From NCBI GenBank assembly GCA_032128875.1, contig JAVLKG010000002.1, forward strand, positions 1,066,202-1,130,201: a stretch of DNA of 64,000 nucleotides, in the 5' to 3' direction. The stretch comes from Candidatus Melainabacteria bacterium 17Bon1m. GTDB lineage: Bacteria > Cyanobacteriota > Vampirovibrionia > Obscuribacterales > Obscuribacteraceae. Every line of letters begins with the position of its first letter. Positions within the stretch are counted from its first letter, which is position 1. Below the pieces are notes generated by a model. The model saw nothing but the letters and a program-made list of their open reading frames with translations, was not told where the DNA came from and searched no databases. The position numbers and the translations under genes were made by a program. Below are positions 47,054 through 56,510 of the stretch, one piece after another.

Positions 47054-48061
47054 TCAGATCTGCTTTGTGCCGCGGATGGCCATCATAAGTTCTAAAAGCA
47101 AACGCTTCATCTTGAGCACTTCGCTTGAAAGCTGATCGAGCATTGTTTGTCTGGTAGACAGAAGGTCAATAGTGATCGTTTTGGGAATGCTCTTAGTCCC
47201 GGTGACTAGATCGACCTGCCTTTCTGATGATCGGGAATTGAATGACGGCATGTTGTTGTCTTCAATCCATCTGTCGATTATCAGGTCTACGCGACGTTTT
47301 CCTGTTGGTTCGTTTGGAGGCACCGCTGCCAGAAAGTTCCACACGGAGTCAGGATATTCGCAATGCAAGCCGACCGGGCGATCGAAGAGTTTTGACAACA
47401 TATTGGGCTCTTCTTTGTACGAGTATTTCTTGCCGGAGACCTGTCTCATTGCGTAGAAAGAAGCGAAAGATGGAATGACGCCGGCGAGCACACCTAAAAC
47501 ACCAGAAGGTATTGATAGTATCGGTGCTTTGTATGTCGGTATGGCGATCGCTTCGCAAGCGGCCCAAAGTGCTCCATTTGTCCCGAACGATACAGCGTTT
47601 GTAATTGCGACTGCGCGATCTCTTTCAGCGGTCATGTGCTGAAGCATATCGGCATACAGACTTTGCTCTTCGAGAATTTGTGCTTCGACGTAATCGACTT
47701 CTAGGTCTGCTTGGGTAATTAATTCGAGAGCCTCATGGCGGGCTTCACTGAGAGCGAGCCTGATTGCAGAAGTGTCTGCATCGCTGCTATTTCCTCGATC
47801 CTTTAGCTGCGCTCTTAATGATTGAACTTGTTGCAAAACTGGGTTTAGTCCGAGCTGATCGCCTAGTGCCACCGCTTCTGGTGACATGCTCGAACTATGT
47901 AAATCAATTTTGACTTGAAGGATTTTTCCAGGAACATGCACGGAGTTTGGCATGGCCGGTGAGGATGACGATGTAGATGCGATAGCAAATTGAGAATTGC
48001 CGAAAATCAACGCCGCAAACGAGAGTGCAAATAGCCGTTGAAGCCCTCTTGCCGAACCCAT
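47054..48061 (-). CDS. Hypothetical secreted helical protein, paralog of 26566-27582
   Basis: Signal peptide, LEVD, SFGTNG, hydrophobic PSGVLGVLAGVIPS, YP.SVWNFL, LL.TRQTML.QL.SEV. Confidence 0.7.
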   Translation of the reverse strand: MGSARGLQRLFALSFAALIFGNSQFAIASTSSSSPAMPNSVHVPGKILQVKIDLHSSSMSPEAVALGDQLGLNPVLQQVQSLRAQLKDRGNSSDADTSAIRLALSEARHEALELITQADLEVDYVEAQILEEQSLYADMLQHMTAERDRAVAITNAVSFGTNGALWAACEAIAIPTYKAPILSIPSGVLGVLAGVIPSFASFYAMRQVSGKKYSYKEEPNMLSKLFDRPVGLHCEYPDSVWNFLAAVPPNEPTGKRRVDLIIDRWIEDNNMPSFNSRSSERQVDLVTGTKSIPKTITIDLLSTRQTMLDQLSSEVLKMKRLLLELMMAIRGTKQI

Positions 48062-48287
48062 CAGATTTCCTTCTGTTTTACCGAACTGCGACACTGCATA
48101 TGACCTTCGCACTCTGTATTTTAGAACAATCTTGCAATGACGGAAACCGGCTATGCATCTTATATACAGCCGGCTGTCGTTGGATTTTGTTTGACTATGG
48201 GAAGTAACCCGATCGTATGCGTCGACTTCTCATAGCGTTTGCGCGAAGCAACCTGGCACCGGTTTGCTTCTTTGCTCCTGGTCTGCT

Positions 48288-48343
48288 CTGTCACAACTCT
48301 GTCACTGGTCTGTCGCCGTTCTATCACGGATGGATTCTAACCT
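48288..48343 (+). promoter_or_regulatory. Pho-box-like array (OmpR/PhoB-family site) followed by a candidate -10 element
   Basis: CTGTCAC, CTGTCAC, CTGTCGC and CTATCAC start at 48288, 48299, 48310 and 48321 (exact 11-bp period); TAACCT lies 10 nt after the last unit. Confidence 0.65.
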
Positions 48344-48400
48344 TTGAGCACTGGGCAAAGCATTTGCCCAGCCCCTAACTTTTTACGAGGCTTGAATGTC

Positions 48401-49333
48401 ATGGGCGATTGCAACTTAGTAGGCAAAAAAGATTGCGTAGAGAAAAAGACAGTCGATTCTTCTGCGGCACTTTCTCATGAGGTTCAGGCGATTCAATTAC
48501 CAGGGCGCCTTTTATCTGAACAGTATTCCGGCTACGGACATGGTGACTTCGCTTACAGTGCAAGTCGCTCTGGTTCAAGACCCGCAGAAACAGTAGCGTC
48601 TCAGACTTGTGCAACTGGGCAACTGGATTTTGAGAAAGATGATGTGTTTAGCAAGAAACCTCTGGAAAAGAAACTGTCAGGCGATAAACTTCAGAAAATG
48701 GAACTAGACTATGCGCCTGTTCCAACGATTTACCCAATGGCAAATCAAATGTTCGATCGAGTCGATCGGAATCAAGATGCAACGATGTCCAGTCGCGAAA
48801 TAACACTCGCTCTGCATGGTGATGATCTAAATGCGAAAGAAAAGTACATGCTAGAGACGCTCAAGAAGAACAAAGAGCTAATCGACAATGACCGCAACGG
48901 CATTTCCATGCGGGATATTAAAGAGTTCGACGCAAAAATCACTCAGTACAACAATGAACTGGCAGTATCGAGGAAGTTTGCTCCGGAGACTGCAGACCTC
49001 GCTCGCGAACTGCACCAACATGGAAAAATGATCGACCAAAATCATGATGGAAAGTTCAGCAGAGAAGAACTTCAACAGTTTTATGCTCAGACTAAACACG
49101 AGTTTTTACTGAAACCGACTGCCGAAGGAAAGCAGGAACTCCAGACCCTCGGTTGGGGGATTGCACACTTTGAGCGGTTTACAGGTCGTGCTAATGGTGG
49201 AGAAATAACTGCTCAATCGCTCCAGTTGCAGGCCCTACGCGAAATGGATCGCGAACTACCCCGAGGGTATCGTCAGAATTTTCTTTCTGCTAGCGACCGC
49301 TACCGCGTTGAAAGGTATCAACAGTCACGATAA
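48401..49333 (+). CDS. EF-hand calcium-binding protein
   Basis: Loops DRNQDATMSSRE and DQNHDGKFSREE, and a weaker DNDRNGISMRD. Confidence 0.75.
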   Translation: MGDCNLVGKKDCVEKKTVDSSAALSHEVQAIQLPGRLLSEQYSGYGHGDFAYSASRSGSRPAETVASQTCATGQLDFEKDDVFSKKPLEKKLSGDKLQKMELDYAPVPTIYPMANQMFDRVDRNQDATMSSREITLALHGDDLNAKEKYMLETLKKNKELIDNDRNGISMRDIKEFDAKITQYNNELAVSRKFAPETADLARELHQHGKMIDQNHDGKFSREELQQFYAQTKHEFLLKPTAEGKQELQTLGWGIAHFERFTGRANGGEITAQSLQLQALREMDRELPRGYRQNFLSASDRYRVERYQQSR

Positions 49334-49476
49334 GAGCCAGTATTGGTCGCGGAAATGTTTGAACTAGTACATTCAGGTGATGTCAGAAAGCCTGGGATGC
49401 ATAATACTGGAAATACTCGCTGCATTTCTTGCGTAGTGCGCAGCTTACGCCGGAGTCATTCCAACAGGTATTTTCA

Positions 49477-49907
49477 ATGCGTGTTTTTATTTTGGAAGAC
49501 TGTGAAATTTTCAGGCTGTCGCTAACGCTTATCCTGGCGCAGGAAAGCGATATTGAGATTTAGGTGCAATAAACAGTAATTCCGAAGATGTCTGCGAGCG
49601 TATCTTGTCTGCCAATTGCGACGTCTTGCTAATTGGCTTACGGCTGAGGAATCGCAGTGGTCTTGAAATCGCACGTCGAATCAAGGAGAAAAATCCGGGC
49701 ATTCCTATTCTGGCATTGGGTTTTTCCACTGATGTCGCTAATGTCGCTGAGATGAAGAAGTCCGGAATAAACGTCTTTGTGCCAATGCACTCCACTAATG
49801 ATTACATCACCAACAAAGTCAGAAATGCGCGCGAAAGTCTCGAGAGATGCGACTTCTCAGGCATGACTGGTTCTCCGCGTGTAAGTATCGTCCCAACCAA
49901 TCTTTAG
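49477..49907 (+). pseudogene. Frameshifted atypical single-domain receiver (REC) gene
   Basis: ATG 49477 gives MRVFILEDCEIFRLSLTLILAQESDIEI then TAG. REC similarity continues in a shifted frame as GAINS...DVLLIGLRL...GLEIARRIKEKNP.IPILAL. Confidence 0.7.
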
Positions 49908-50009
49908 TTTGTCCTTGCTCGGCTCGACTGTTCATCCTTGATCAAGCGAAGCCGCAAGGAACCCAACGACGGAAGGTGTTCTGCGCCGCAACTAATTTGG
50001 TCCAGTGAG

Positions 50010-50219
50010 CTACGCTGCTGCCTTTTTGACCCACTTTCCATTGCGTTTTTCATAAGTCTTTTTTACTGCCGCCCAGGCAATCTTAAACGACGTCACCTCG
50101 TCCTCGCCATGATGCGTTTGGTAGGCGCTGTTGAACGCGTCTTTGAAGATCTTCTGGGCGTGCCGCGGTAGGTTGTTTTTCACAGGCGGCGGTAAATCAT
50201 CGATTGAAAGATATGGCAT
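50010..50219 (-). CDS. chaB: ChaB-family protein
   Basis: MPY.SIDDLP..VKNNLP.HAQ.IF..AFNSAY...AW.AVKK.YEK...KW. Confidence 0.92.
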   Translation of the reverse strand: MPYLSIDDLPPPVKNNLPRHAQKIFKDAFNSAYQTHHGEDEVTSFKIAWAAVKKTYEKRNGKWVKKAAA

Positions 50220-50253
50220 AGCTTTCTCCTCAAATTCACCTTCACCTTGGGTC

Positions 50254-50279
50254 TGACGGCAGTTGCGATTCGAGGTTCC
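50254..50279 (-). promoter_or_regulatory. ECF sigma-type promoter for chaB
   Basis: GGAACC-N16-GTCA on the minus strand. Confidence 0.6.
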
Positions 50280-50326
50280 AAACCGTTACTCAGAGGTTAA
50301 GTTAGGCGCCCGTATACTTTCTTCAG

Positions 50327-50352
50327 GGAACTACCGGCTCATGTTCCGGTCA
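50327..50352 (+). promoter_or_regulatory. ECF sigma-type promoter for the dehydrogenase
   Basis: GGAACT-N16-GTCA on the plus strand. Confidence 0.6.
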
Positions 50353-50407
50353 TCACCGACTGGATAGTAAGTCGCGAACGCTCAAAAGATAAAAGAAAGG
50401 GGGCAGC

Positions 50408-51619
50408 ATGAAAGCAGTTGTATTCCATGGAGTCGGACATATCGTTGTAGATGAGGTCGACGACCCGAAGCTCGAGGCCCCGACGGACGCGATCATCAAA
50501 ATCGTTACTAGTTCGATTTGCGGAACCGATTTGCACATGCTCAGAGGCACTATGACGGGTATGCGCTATGGCACTATACTCGGGCACGAAGCCGTGGGAA
50601 TAGTGGAAAAGGTGGGTCAGTCCGTAACTTCGGTGAAGCCAGGAGATCGAGTCGTGGTCTGCTCGACAATCGCATGTGGTGAATGCGTCTATTGTGAAGC
50701 CAAAGAGTACTCTTGCTGCGACCGATCTAACCCAAATGGACCTCAAGCCGGAACAGCTTTCTTCGGAGGACCGGAGGCGACCGGAGCCTTCAATGGACTG
50801 CAAGCTGAGCGCGCTCGAATTCCTTTCGCTGATTCTGTTTTGGTAAAGCTGAAGAAGTCCGTCTCCGACGCTGACGCATTACTTTGCTCTGACATTTTCC
50901 CCACAGGATACATGGGCGTTGAGATGGCTGACGTGAAGGAAGGGGACTATGTTGCTGTATTTGGCTGCGGACCTGTTGGTCAAATGGCTATTGCGGTAGC
51001 AAAGTACCTTGGTGCAAAAGAGGTCTTTGCCATTGACGTTTTGCCGGATCGATTAAAGGTTGCAAAACAGCAAGGAGCGATTCCAATCAATTTCGAAAAA
51101 GTAGACCCGGTAGAGCAACTCAGAAAGCTCACCAACGGCTATGGGCCTGATGCCGTCATAGATGCTGTGGGCATTGACGCTCAGCGTCCCCACAAAGGAC
51201 CTGCGACATCGATTGTCGGGGTCGTGGAGTCTGTTCTTGAGAAAACAGCCGGTGCACCATTAGCAGTGCTAACAGGAAACCATTGGCAGAAGGGCGATGG
51301 TCCAGAGCAGGTTCTGCAATGGTGCGTTGAAGCGGTTAGGAAGAGTGGCGTCATCTCTATAATCGGTGTCTATCCTGAGACGGAAGAGAACTTTCCGATT
51401 GGCAAAGTAATGTCGAAAGCGCTTACCGTAAGAGCAGCTAATTGCAGTCATCGGAAATACATTCCGAAGTGCCTGAAGATGATGGAAGACACGCCTTTCC
51501 GCCCGTCGACGATCCTGACTGTTTTTGAAGGGCTCGAAAATGCTGTCGATTGCTACAAACACTTCGACAAACGTGAACCCGGCTGGTTGAAAGTCGAGTT
51601 GATTCCGGAAGCGGAATAG
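50408..51619 (+). CDS. Zn-dependent MDR dehydrogenase (formaldehyde dehydrogenase-like)
   Basis: ICGTDLH, GHEAVG, C.EC.YC......C, SDIFPTGY, GCGPVG, IDAVG. Confidence 0.9.
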   Translation: MKAVVFHGVGHIVVDEVDDPKLEAPTDAIIKIVTSSICGTDLHMLRGTMTGMRYGTILGHEAVGIVEKVGQSVTSVKPGDRVVVCSTIACGECVYCEAKEYSCCDRSNPNGPQAGTAFFGGPEATGAFNGLQAERARIPFADSVLVKLKKSVSDADALLCSDIFPTGYMGVEMADVKEGDYVAVFGCGPVGQMAIAVAKYLGAKEVFAIDVLPDRLKVAKQQGAIPINFEKVDPVEQLRKLTNGYGPDAVIDAVGIDAQRPHKGPATSIVGVVESVLEKTAGAPLAVLTGNHWQKGDGPEQVLQWCVEAVRKSGVISIIGVYPETEENFPIGKVMSKALTVRAANCSHRKYIPKCLKMMEDTPFRPSTILTVFEGLENAVDCYKHFDKREPGWLKVELIPEAE

Positions 51620-52011
51620 TGCTTTGCGCAAAGCGCCAGCTCGAAATTCGAGAAAGGTGGCCTTATCGAAGTCATTGCGAATTCCTTCCGTTGCAATTTC
51701 GACAGCAGAGCGCAAATCTCTTCGATTCAGCAGGTGCGCATAAGAGTTCTAAGCAATTGGAACAACCAGGAGACCAGCCTAAACTCCATTTTCCCTCTTT
51801 CACCACAATAGTGCGAGAAATGCGCCCGATTGCGACTCAAAAAGCCTCAACTGTTCACTTCTGTTTGACGTTCGGGTCTTTTAATCTCAAGTGTGCATTC
51901 AGGCAAGATGTATCCGAAACAACACAGGAAATTAAGTAAGGGTGAAGGAAAGCATGGTTGTCAAGCGGAGCGCTTATTATCGTAGCGTCAGTCCCTTCCC
52001 CAAACCGAAAA

Positions 52012-52596
52012 ATGGAAATAACAACAACTTTCTGGGTCTTCGTAATCCTGATCACAGTTGCTATCGTTACTATTGGATTCGATCGTGTTTTTCACAATAG
52101 AGAACGCCCGGCATTCGCACTCGGAATCTGGATATCAGCGATTGCTATTTGCGGCATGTTTCTTCTTTTTTCATTCCATTCTCAACTAAGTCACAAGGCA
52201 GCGCTGCTGACTTTCTTTGCCTTGTTGTTGATTGTCTTTGCAGGAAATCTTTTGGTTGATCAGAACAACATCGAAGATCAAGAATCTGGTCGTATGTCCC
52301 GCTACGGCACATGGTGGGATGGTTGGGAGGACAACTATTTTTCGAATATTGTGGATAAGTGGAAAACATGGGCTGCTATCGCCTTTGTCGGCGTCTTAAT
52401 GTTCAGCGTCGCTTTGAAAAATGACCCTGCCGATGGTGCCGCTGCACAGATGATCAATTCTTCGACGAACAGCAACAAAGTCGCTATCAAGAAGGTAGAG
52501 GCTAAAACCACGCACAATCAAGTTCATCATGCTCAGCCAACCAAGCAAAAGATGCACAACTCAAAACAGGAAGTTCATCAACGAAAAACTGATTAG
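52012..52596 (+). CDS. Hypothetical membrane protein (4 TM)
   Basis: Three N-terminal hydrophobic helices, a Trp-rich loop, a fourth helix and a basic tail. Confidence 0.6.
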   Translation: MEITTTFWVFVILITVAIVTIGFDRVFHNRERPAFALGIWISAIAICGMFLLFSFHSQLSHKAALLTFFALLLIVFAGNLLVDQNNIEDQESGRMSRYGTWWDGWEDNYFSNIVDKWKTWAAIAFVGVLMFSVALKNDPADGAAAQMINSSTNSNKVAIKKVEAKTTHNQVHHAQPTKQKMHNSKQEVHQRKTD

Positions 52597-52597
52597 T

Positions 52598-54199
52598 TTA
52601 CCTTGGTTCTTCCCACGAGATAATACGATAGTTAAGTACGGCATATCCACTGCCCGTTGAATTTTTCATTAAGCCAAACTGCGGTGCTGGAGCCATTCCC
52701 GAGCTCGATGGAGGTGCGGTATTAGTAGCGTTAGGATCATAAACTATAGATCTTGCACCAGCAATACTTCCAATTTTTTGAACGTTTACGTTGTTTCCAA
52801 CTAATGCTCCGTGGAAGCTGGAGTTTGCGCTTAAACCGACAGTGATAGAAGCATTAGGCGCGTAAACTAGTCCATACAAACTTGAGTTACTGCTCGTCGA
52901 GAAATTCAAAGTTTTTTGTCCGCTGTAAAACATCTGGAAATTATTTGGTGAGACTGTTGTACCGTTAAAGGAAACATTACCTTGAACGTCAATTGGTGTT
53001 GCAACGTCAGTGCTGCCTCTTACATAAAGGTTGACGCCACTCGATGAATCTGATGGCGTGGATTGAATGTTTAACGTGCCTCCATTTTCAATTGAAACGC
53101 TGTCAACGACATAACTTCCAGGTTGAATTGTTACTGTTTGCCCCGTTGGAACCTTCAAGCTACCTAAGTCTGTGACTTTTGCGCTGCTTGGCATAGATAC
53201 ATCAGCGGGTTCTGTGATGGTGCCTGAGACTTGCGCTTCTTGTGTTGGTTGAGGCGTAACGACGGGTGCCATTTGAGTTAGTTTGCCAGAGTTGTCTATA
53301 ACACCTGCTGTTGGAGTACTTCCATATTGTCCATCTCCGTAAACGTTTCCACCAGTAGCGTCCGAAGTGAGTGGTGGTGTTGTGACAGTAGGATTCACAT
53401 CATTGATAGTTCCTGATGCCGAAACATTGCCTTTGACTATGGCATTGGTGGTGGCCTTAATGCTTGTCGGCGTGCCATTTGAAACAGGAGGGCTGTACGC
53501 ATTAATAGAACCGTTTATGGTGCTAGCTCCATCAAGACTTATTAGACCATTGCTCCCGATATTGGCGCCGAGATTACTGCCTCCTTCGATTGATATATCA
53601 ACACCGTCTCCTATTCGCAAAGTTGAGTTTGCCTGCAAGGCAGAGTTGGAGAAGAGTGTAGATGAAACAAGCGTGTTGCCAGATGATGGCGGGTATTCGG
53701 ATGGAGAAGTATTTGGAGACAATGAAAATTCGGGTTTTAGTAGGACCCTGATTTTATGTGTGTATCCACCTTTTGCCGCACTAATTGTTAGGAATTTATA
53801 GGTTGGAAGAATTACAGCATAAGGATACGTAGTCTGTTCTGGTGAGTAGATTCCCTTCGTCTGAAGAGTTGTAAGATCAGCATCAGCTAAGCTGATTTCA
53901 ATCTTTCCTTTGTTCGTAATTGAGTCAGGGGGTATTAACTTGTCTACGGTAACTGCTTGCAGGTCTTCGCCGTTTTCTTGCAGTTGCTTATACCTAGCCA
54001 TTGCATATCTCAGACAGTTCTCTGAAATGTCGAAAACTTGATCGCGTTGTGTCAGAGATGATACGTGATTGAAGATTGGGAATAGTGAGGAACCCAAAGC
54101 CAAAGCCGCACCCGCTGTTATGCCTCCCACTACGACTACGTACATAAGGGAAACTCCTCGGTCACGTTTATTCGTTTTCTTCTTATGGAATAGCTGCAT
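52598..54199 (-). CDS. PilX/GspK-like minor pilin with large beta-rich C-terminal domain
   Basis: RDRG-VSLMYVVVV prepilin-like site without E+5; GLVYAPNA...F.GALVG...YD...ISWEE tail; ATG 54199 after GAGGGGG. Confidence 0.75.
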   Translation of the reverse strand: MQLFHKKKTNKRDRGVSLMYVVVVGGITAGAALALGSSLFPIFNHVSSLTQRDQVFDISENCLRYAMARYKQLQENGEDLQAVTVDKLIPPDSITNKGKIEISLADADLTTLQTKGIYSPEQTTYPYAVILPTYKFLTISAAKGGYTHKIRVLLKPEFSLSPNTSPSEYPPSSGNTLVSSTLFSNSALQANSTLRIGDGVDISIEGGSNLGANIGSNGLISLDGASTINGSINAYSPPVSNGTPTSIKATTNAIVKGNVSASGTINDVNPTVTTPPLTSDATGGNVYGDGQYGSTPTAGVIDNSGKLTQMAPVVTPQPTQEAQVSGTITEPADVSMPSSAKVTDLGSLKVPTGQTVTIQPGSYVVDSVSIENGGTLNIQSTPSDSSSGVNLYVRGSTDVATPIDVQGNVSFNGTTVSPNNFQMFYSGQKTLNFSTSSNSSLYGLVYAPNASITVGLSANSSFHGALVGNNVNVQKIGSIAGARSIVYDPNATNTAPPSSSGMAPAPQFGLMKNSTGSGYAVLNYRIISWEEPR

Positions 54200-54962
54200 A
54201 ATTCCCCCTCGTATAAACTTCTCTAGAAAAGGCAATTGACTTTGGGGTTGCACTTTGTGATTGAGATGCCGTGTCGAAAATTTCTAGAGTTACTTGGGCG
54301 CCTTTTGTAAGAGCAGATGGAACCGATGTAGGTGGATAATAATTAGAAGGTATTCCTGCTGATCTGTAGAATTCAGCTAGTTTTATCAGTGGTTTGAATA
54401 CCTTTGGAGGCGGAGTATTTGCGATCGAATCGGTGACATCTGAGGGATTAATTGGACCGACTATACCTGTAAGAATTGTTTGGGGGTCACCACCGACCGA
54501 AAAGTCTTTCTTTTGTAAAACAAACAAACCTTTTCCAGGATCTCGTTTATCGGGAAGTATTTTATAGATCACCGTTTTTGTTTCAGTTGAAACATATCCA
54601 TTTTGATCAAAAATTGGTTGGGTCAGAATTAGCGTTTGATAGTCTGCAACATAATTTGGAGCTGGTGCGTTCCAGGTAGCAACCGAGTTGTCTCCAGGAA
54701 TGTTTGCGGCAGGAGTGTAGCTGCTGGGAACTGCCTTTGCAAGTCTCACATCATAGTCAAATAGAGCAATTGCTCTTCTTGCATTCACAATTCCGTCCAT
54801 TTTTCCTACGGTGCGGAAGGCGACTATGTTATGAGCGGCACAGAGTTCTGTGATTGCAACTCCTACAAAACTCATAATGAGAATTGCGGACAGAAGCTCA
54901 ATTAAAGACATTCCAAATGAATGTCTTAACCTTGTCGCGATCAACTTTCTATTCCTAGTCAT
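54183..54962 (-). CDS. Type IV minor pilin (PilW/GspJ-like)
   Basis: RHSFG-MSLIELLSAILIM class III signal; D.R.A motif. Confidence 0.8.
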   Translation of the reverse strand: MTRNRKLIATRLRHSFGMSLIELLSAILIMSFVGVAITELCAAHNIVAFRTVGKMDGIVNARRAIALFDYDVRLAKAVPSSYTPAANIPGDNSVATWNAPAPNYVADYQTLILTQPIFDQNGYVSTETKTVIYKILPDKRDPGKGLFVLQKKDFSVGGDPQTILTGIVGPINPSDVTDSIANTPPPKVFKPLIKLAEFYRSAGIPSNYYPPTSVPSALTKGAQVTLEIFDTASQSQSATPKSIAFSREVYTRGNYAAIP

Positions 54963-55557
54963 TTTTGAAAATGAAAATACTTCTCGAAACTTTTTTTGAT
55001 TCCCTTCCGCCTACGTCATAACTTATATCAATGTCAACTTTCACGCTTTCAATTGCAGTTAGCGATTTTGCATCTGTGATTGTTTCCTTGACTGAGCCTT
55101 TGAAGAAATTTCCATTAGTTAACGTCCACTTCCCCGTATCGCTAATTTGTCCTGAAAGTGGATTGATGGCACCAAAAACGGTATCAGCCTTTAAGAGATC
55201 AAATTGAAGAGGTGGTAGACGCGGAACGTTGGCTACATTGTTATCCGAATATAGATTCATCGTTTGAGTTCCAGCATTCACATAACTTGATAGCACCGCG
55301 TATGGAGTATTTTTTGCATTCTCAATTGCAGCTTCTGCAATTGCCGTTGCGTAGAGTTGTTTCTGCACATTATTTGAAACAACCATTGTTTGACTGAGCA
55401 AACTAGCCAACATCAGAATAAATATTGAACTGACGCCAACCGCGACTACCATTTCAACCAAAGTGAAGGCAAATTGTCTCCGCAAAGCTCTGGAACAGAA
55501 CTTCTGAAGTCGTATTTTTCGAAATTTGTCGTTTAGATTCATACCGGAGCGCACCAT
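54955..55557 (-). CDS. Type IV minor pilin (PilV/GspI-like)
   Basis: RRQFA-FTLVEMVVAV class III signal; A...IE..K..PY. Confidence 0.8.
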   Translation of the reverse strand: MVRSGMNLNDKFRKIRLQKFCSRALRRQFAFTLVEMVVAVGVSSIFILMLASLLSQTMVVSNNVQKQLYATAIAEAAIENAKNTPYAVLSSYVNAGTQTMNLYSDNNVANVPRLPPLQFDLLKADTVFGAINPLSGQISDTGKWTLTNGNFFKGSVKETITDAKSLTAIESVKVDIDISYDVGGRESKKVSRSIFIFKND

Positions 55558-55621
55558 GGCTACTCAAGTTATTCCCTTGATGGTGAAAGCGATCTCGGTT
55601 TGGTCAGCCGTTCTCCCCCTC

Positions 55622-55651
55622 AGGGGGCGCATATAGAGCTTTCGCCCCTAC
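55622..55651. repeat. GTAG-type REP-like hairpin
   Basis: Minus strand reads GTAGGGGCG-N12-CGCCCC and overlaps the stop codon of the fimT-like gene. Confidence 0.5.
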
Positions 55652-56166
55652 TCCATCGTCGCTATGCCTTCGCGCGTCAGGGTCACGTGGCTCGATTTCC
55701 AGCCTTTGCTGATGGTAAAACTGGCACCTGGCATGGTAGGTGTGCCGGTGTCATCAAAAGTGACTGAACCGACGACATTCACGCCCTTTGGCAGAAGAAC
55801 CTCTTCTATTGTGCGATTGCCGTTCTGGATTAGGTAGGCAGTACCTTCATTTTGGGTGGCCGGGCGACCGCAAACGGTGATGCTCAGACCGTTTTCTTTG
55901 GAAATGTCTTTGGCTCGAACGAGATCTTTGACCAGGTCAACCCCTGTCTGGCGCACGGCCAGATTGGTTGAGGTCAGATCGACCACTCGAAAGGCAAAGA
56001 ATGGAATGGCAACGACCATGCTGGCGAAAATCAATGACTCGAATTTCCGAATCAGAGGCCAGTCGAGTTTGCTGCCCCTGTCGACTGGGCGTGCAGGGGG
56101 CGGAGCCGCCGGAGGTGCAGCTGGCTGGGCAACTGTTGGATTTTCGCTGGAAGTCTCTTCGGTCAT
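55648..56166 (-). CDS. FimT/GspH-like pseudopilin lacking a canonical prepilin site
   Basis: One TM helix, then DL.RA...S......ITVC, LPKGV, VTFD..G.P, VTL..EG. Confidence 0.6.
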   Translation of the reverse strand: MTEETSSENPTVAQPAAPPAAPPPARPVDRGSKLDWPLIRKFESLIFASMVVAIPFFAFRVVDLTSTNLAVRQTGVDLVKDLVRAKDISKENGLSITVCGRPATQNEGTAYLIQNGNRTIEEVLLPKGVNVVGSVTFDDTGTPTMPGASFTISKGWKSSHVTLTREGIATME

Positions 56167-56510
56167 TCGCTAATGGCAGCCTGGGTTCTAATGCCTGACA
56201 GTATAGTTGTACTATTCCACGACGCAAACCCCGAAATCCAAACTGCTTGGACCTTAAATGCCAGGGATCGGGCGCGGCCTTGCAATCATCTATACCCGAA
56301 AAGTACACTTAGGCTTATACGTCTTTATTTACAGTGTATACGGATTAAATATGCCGGTAAAAAATTTGCGTATTCCGAAAGACGGCGAAAAAAACGATTC
56401 TGGGGTTCCATTTAGCAACAATCCGGCAGATAAATCGTTGGCGCCTGAGCTTGCCAATATAGCGGGCGCGCCGATGCCAAGATTTTGTGGGTGCTAGGCC
56501 CTAACACTCA

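Noticed and set aside
51619-51939. 106-aa ORF after the dehydrogenase
   Set aside because: No motif or protein-like composition that I can recognise; more likely intergenic DNA.
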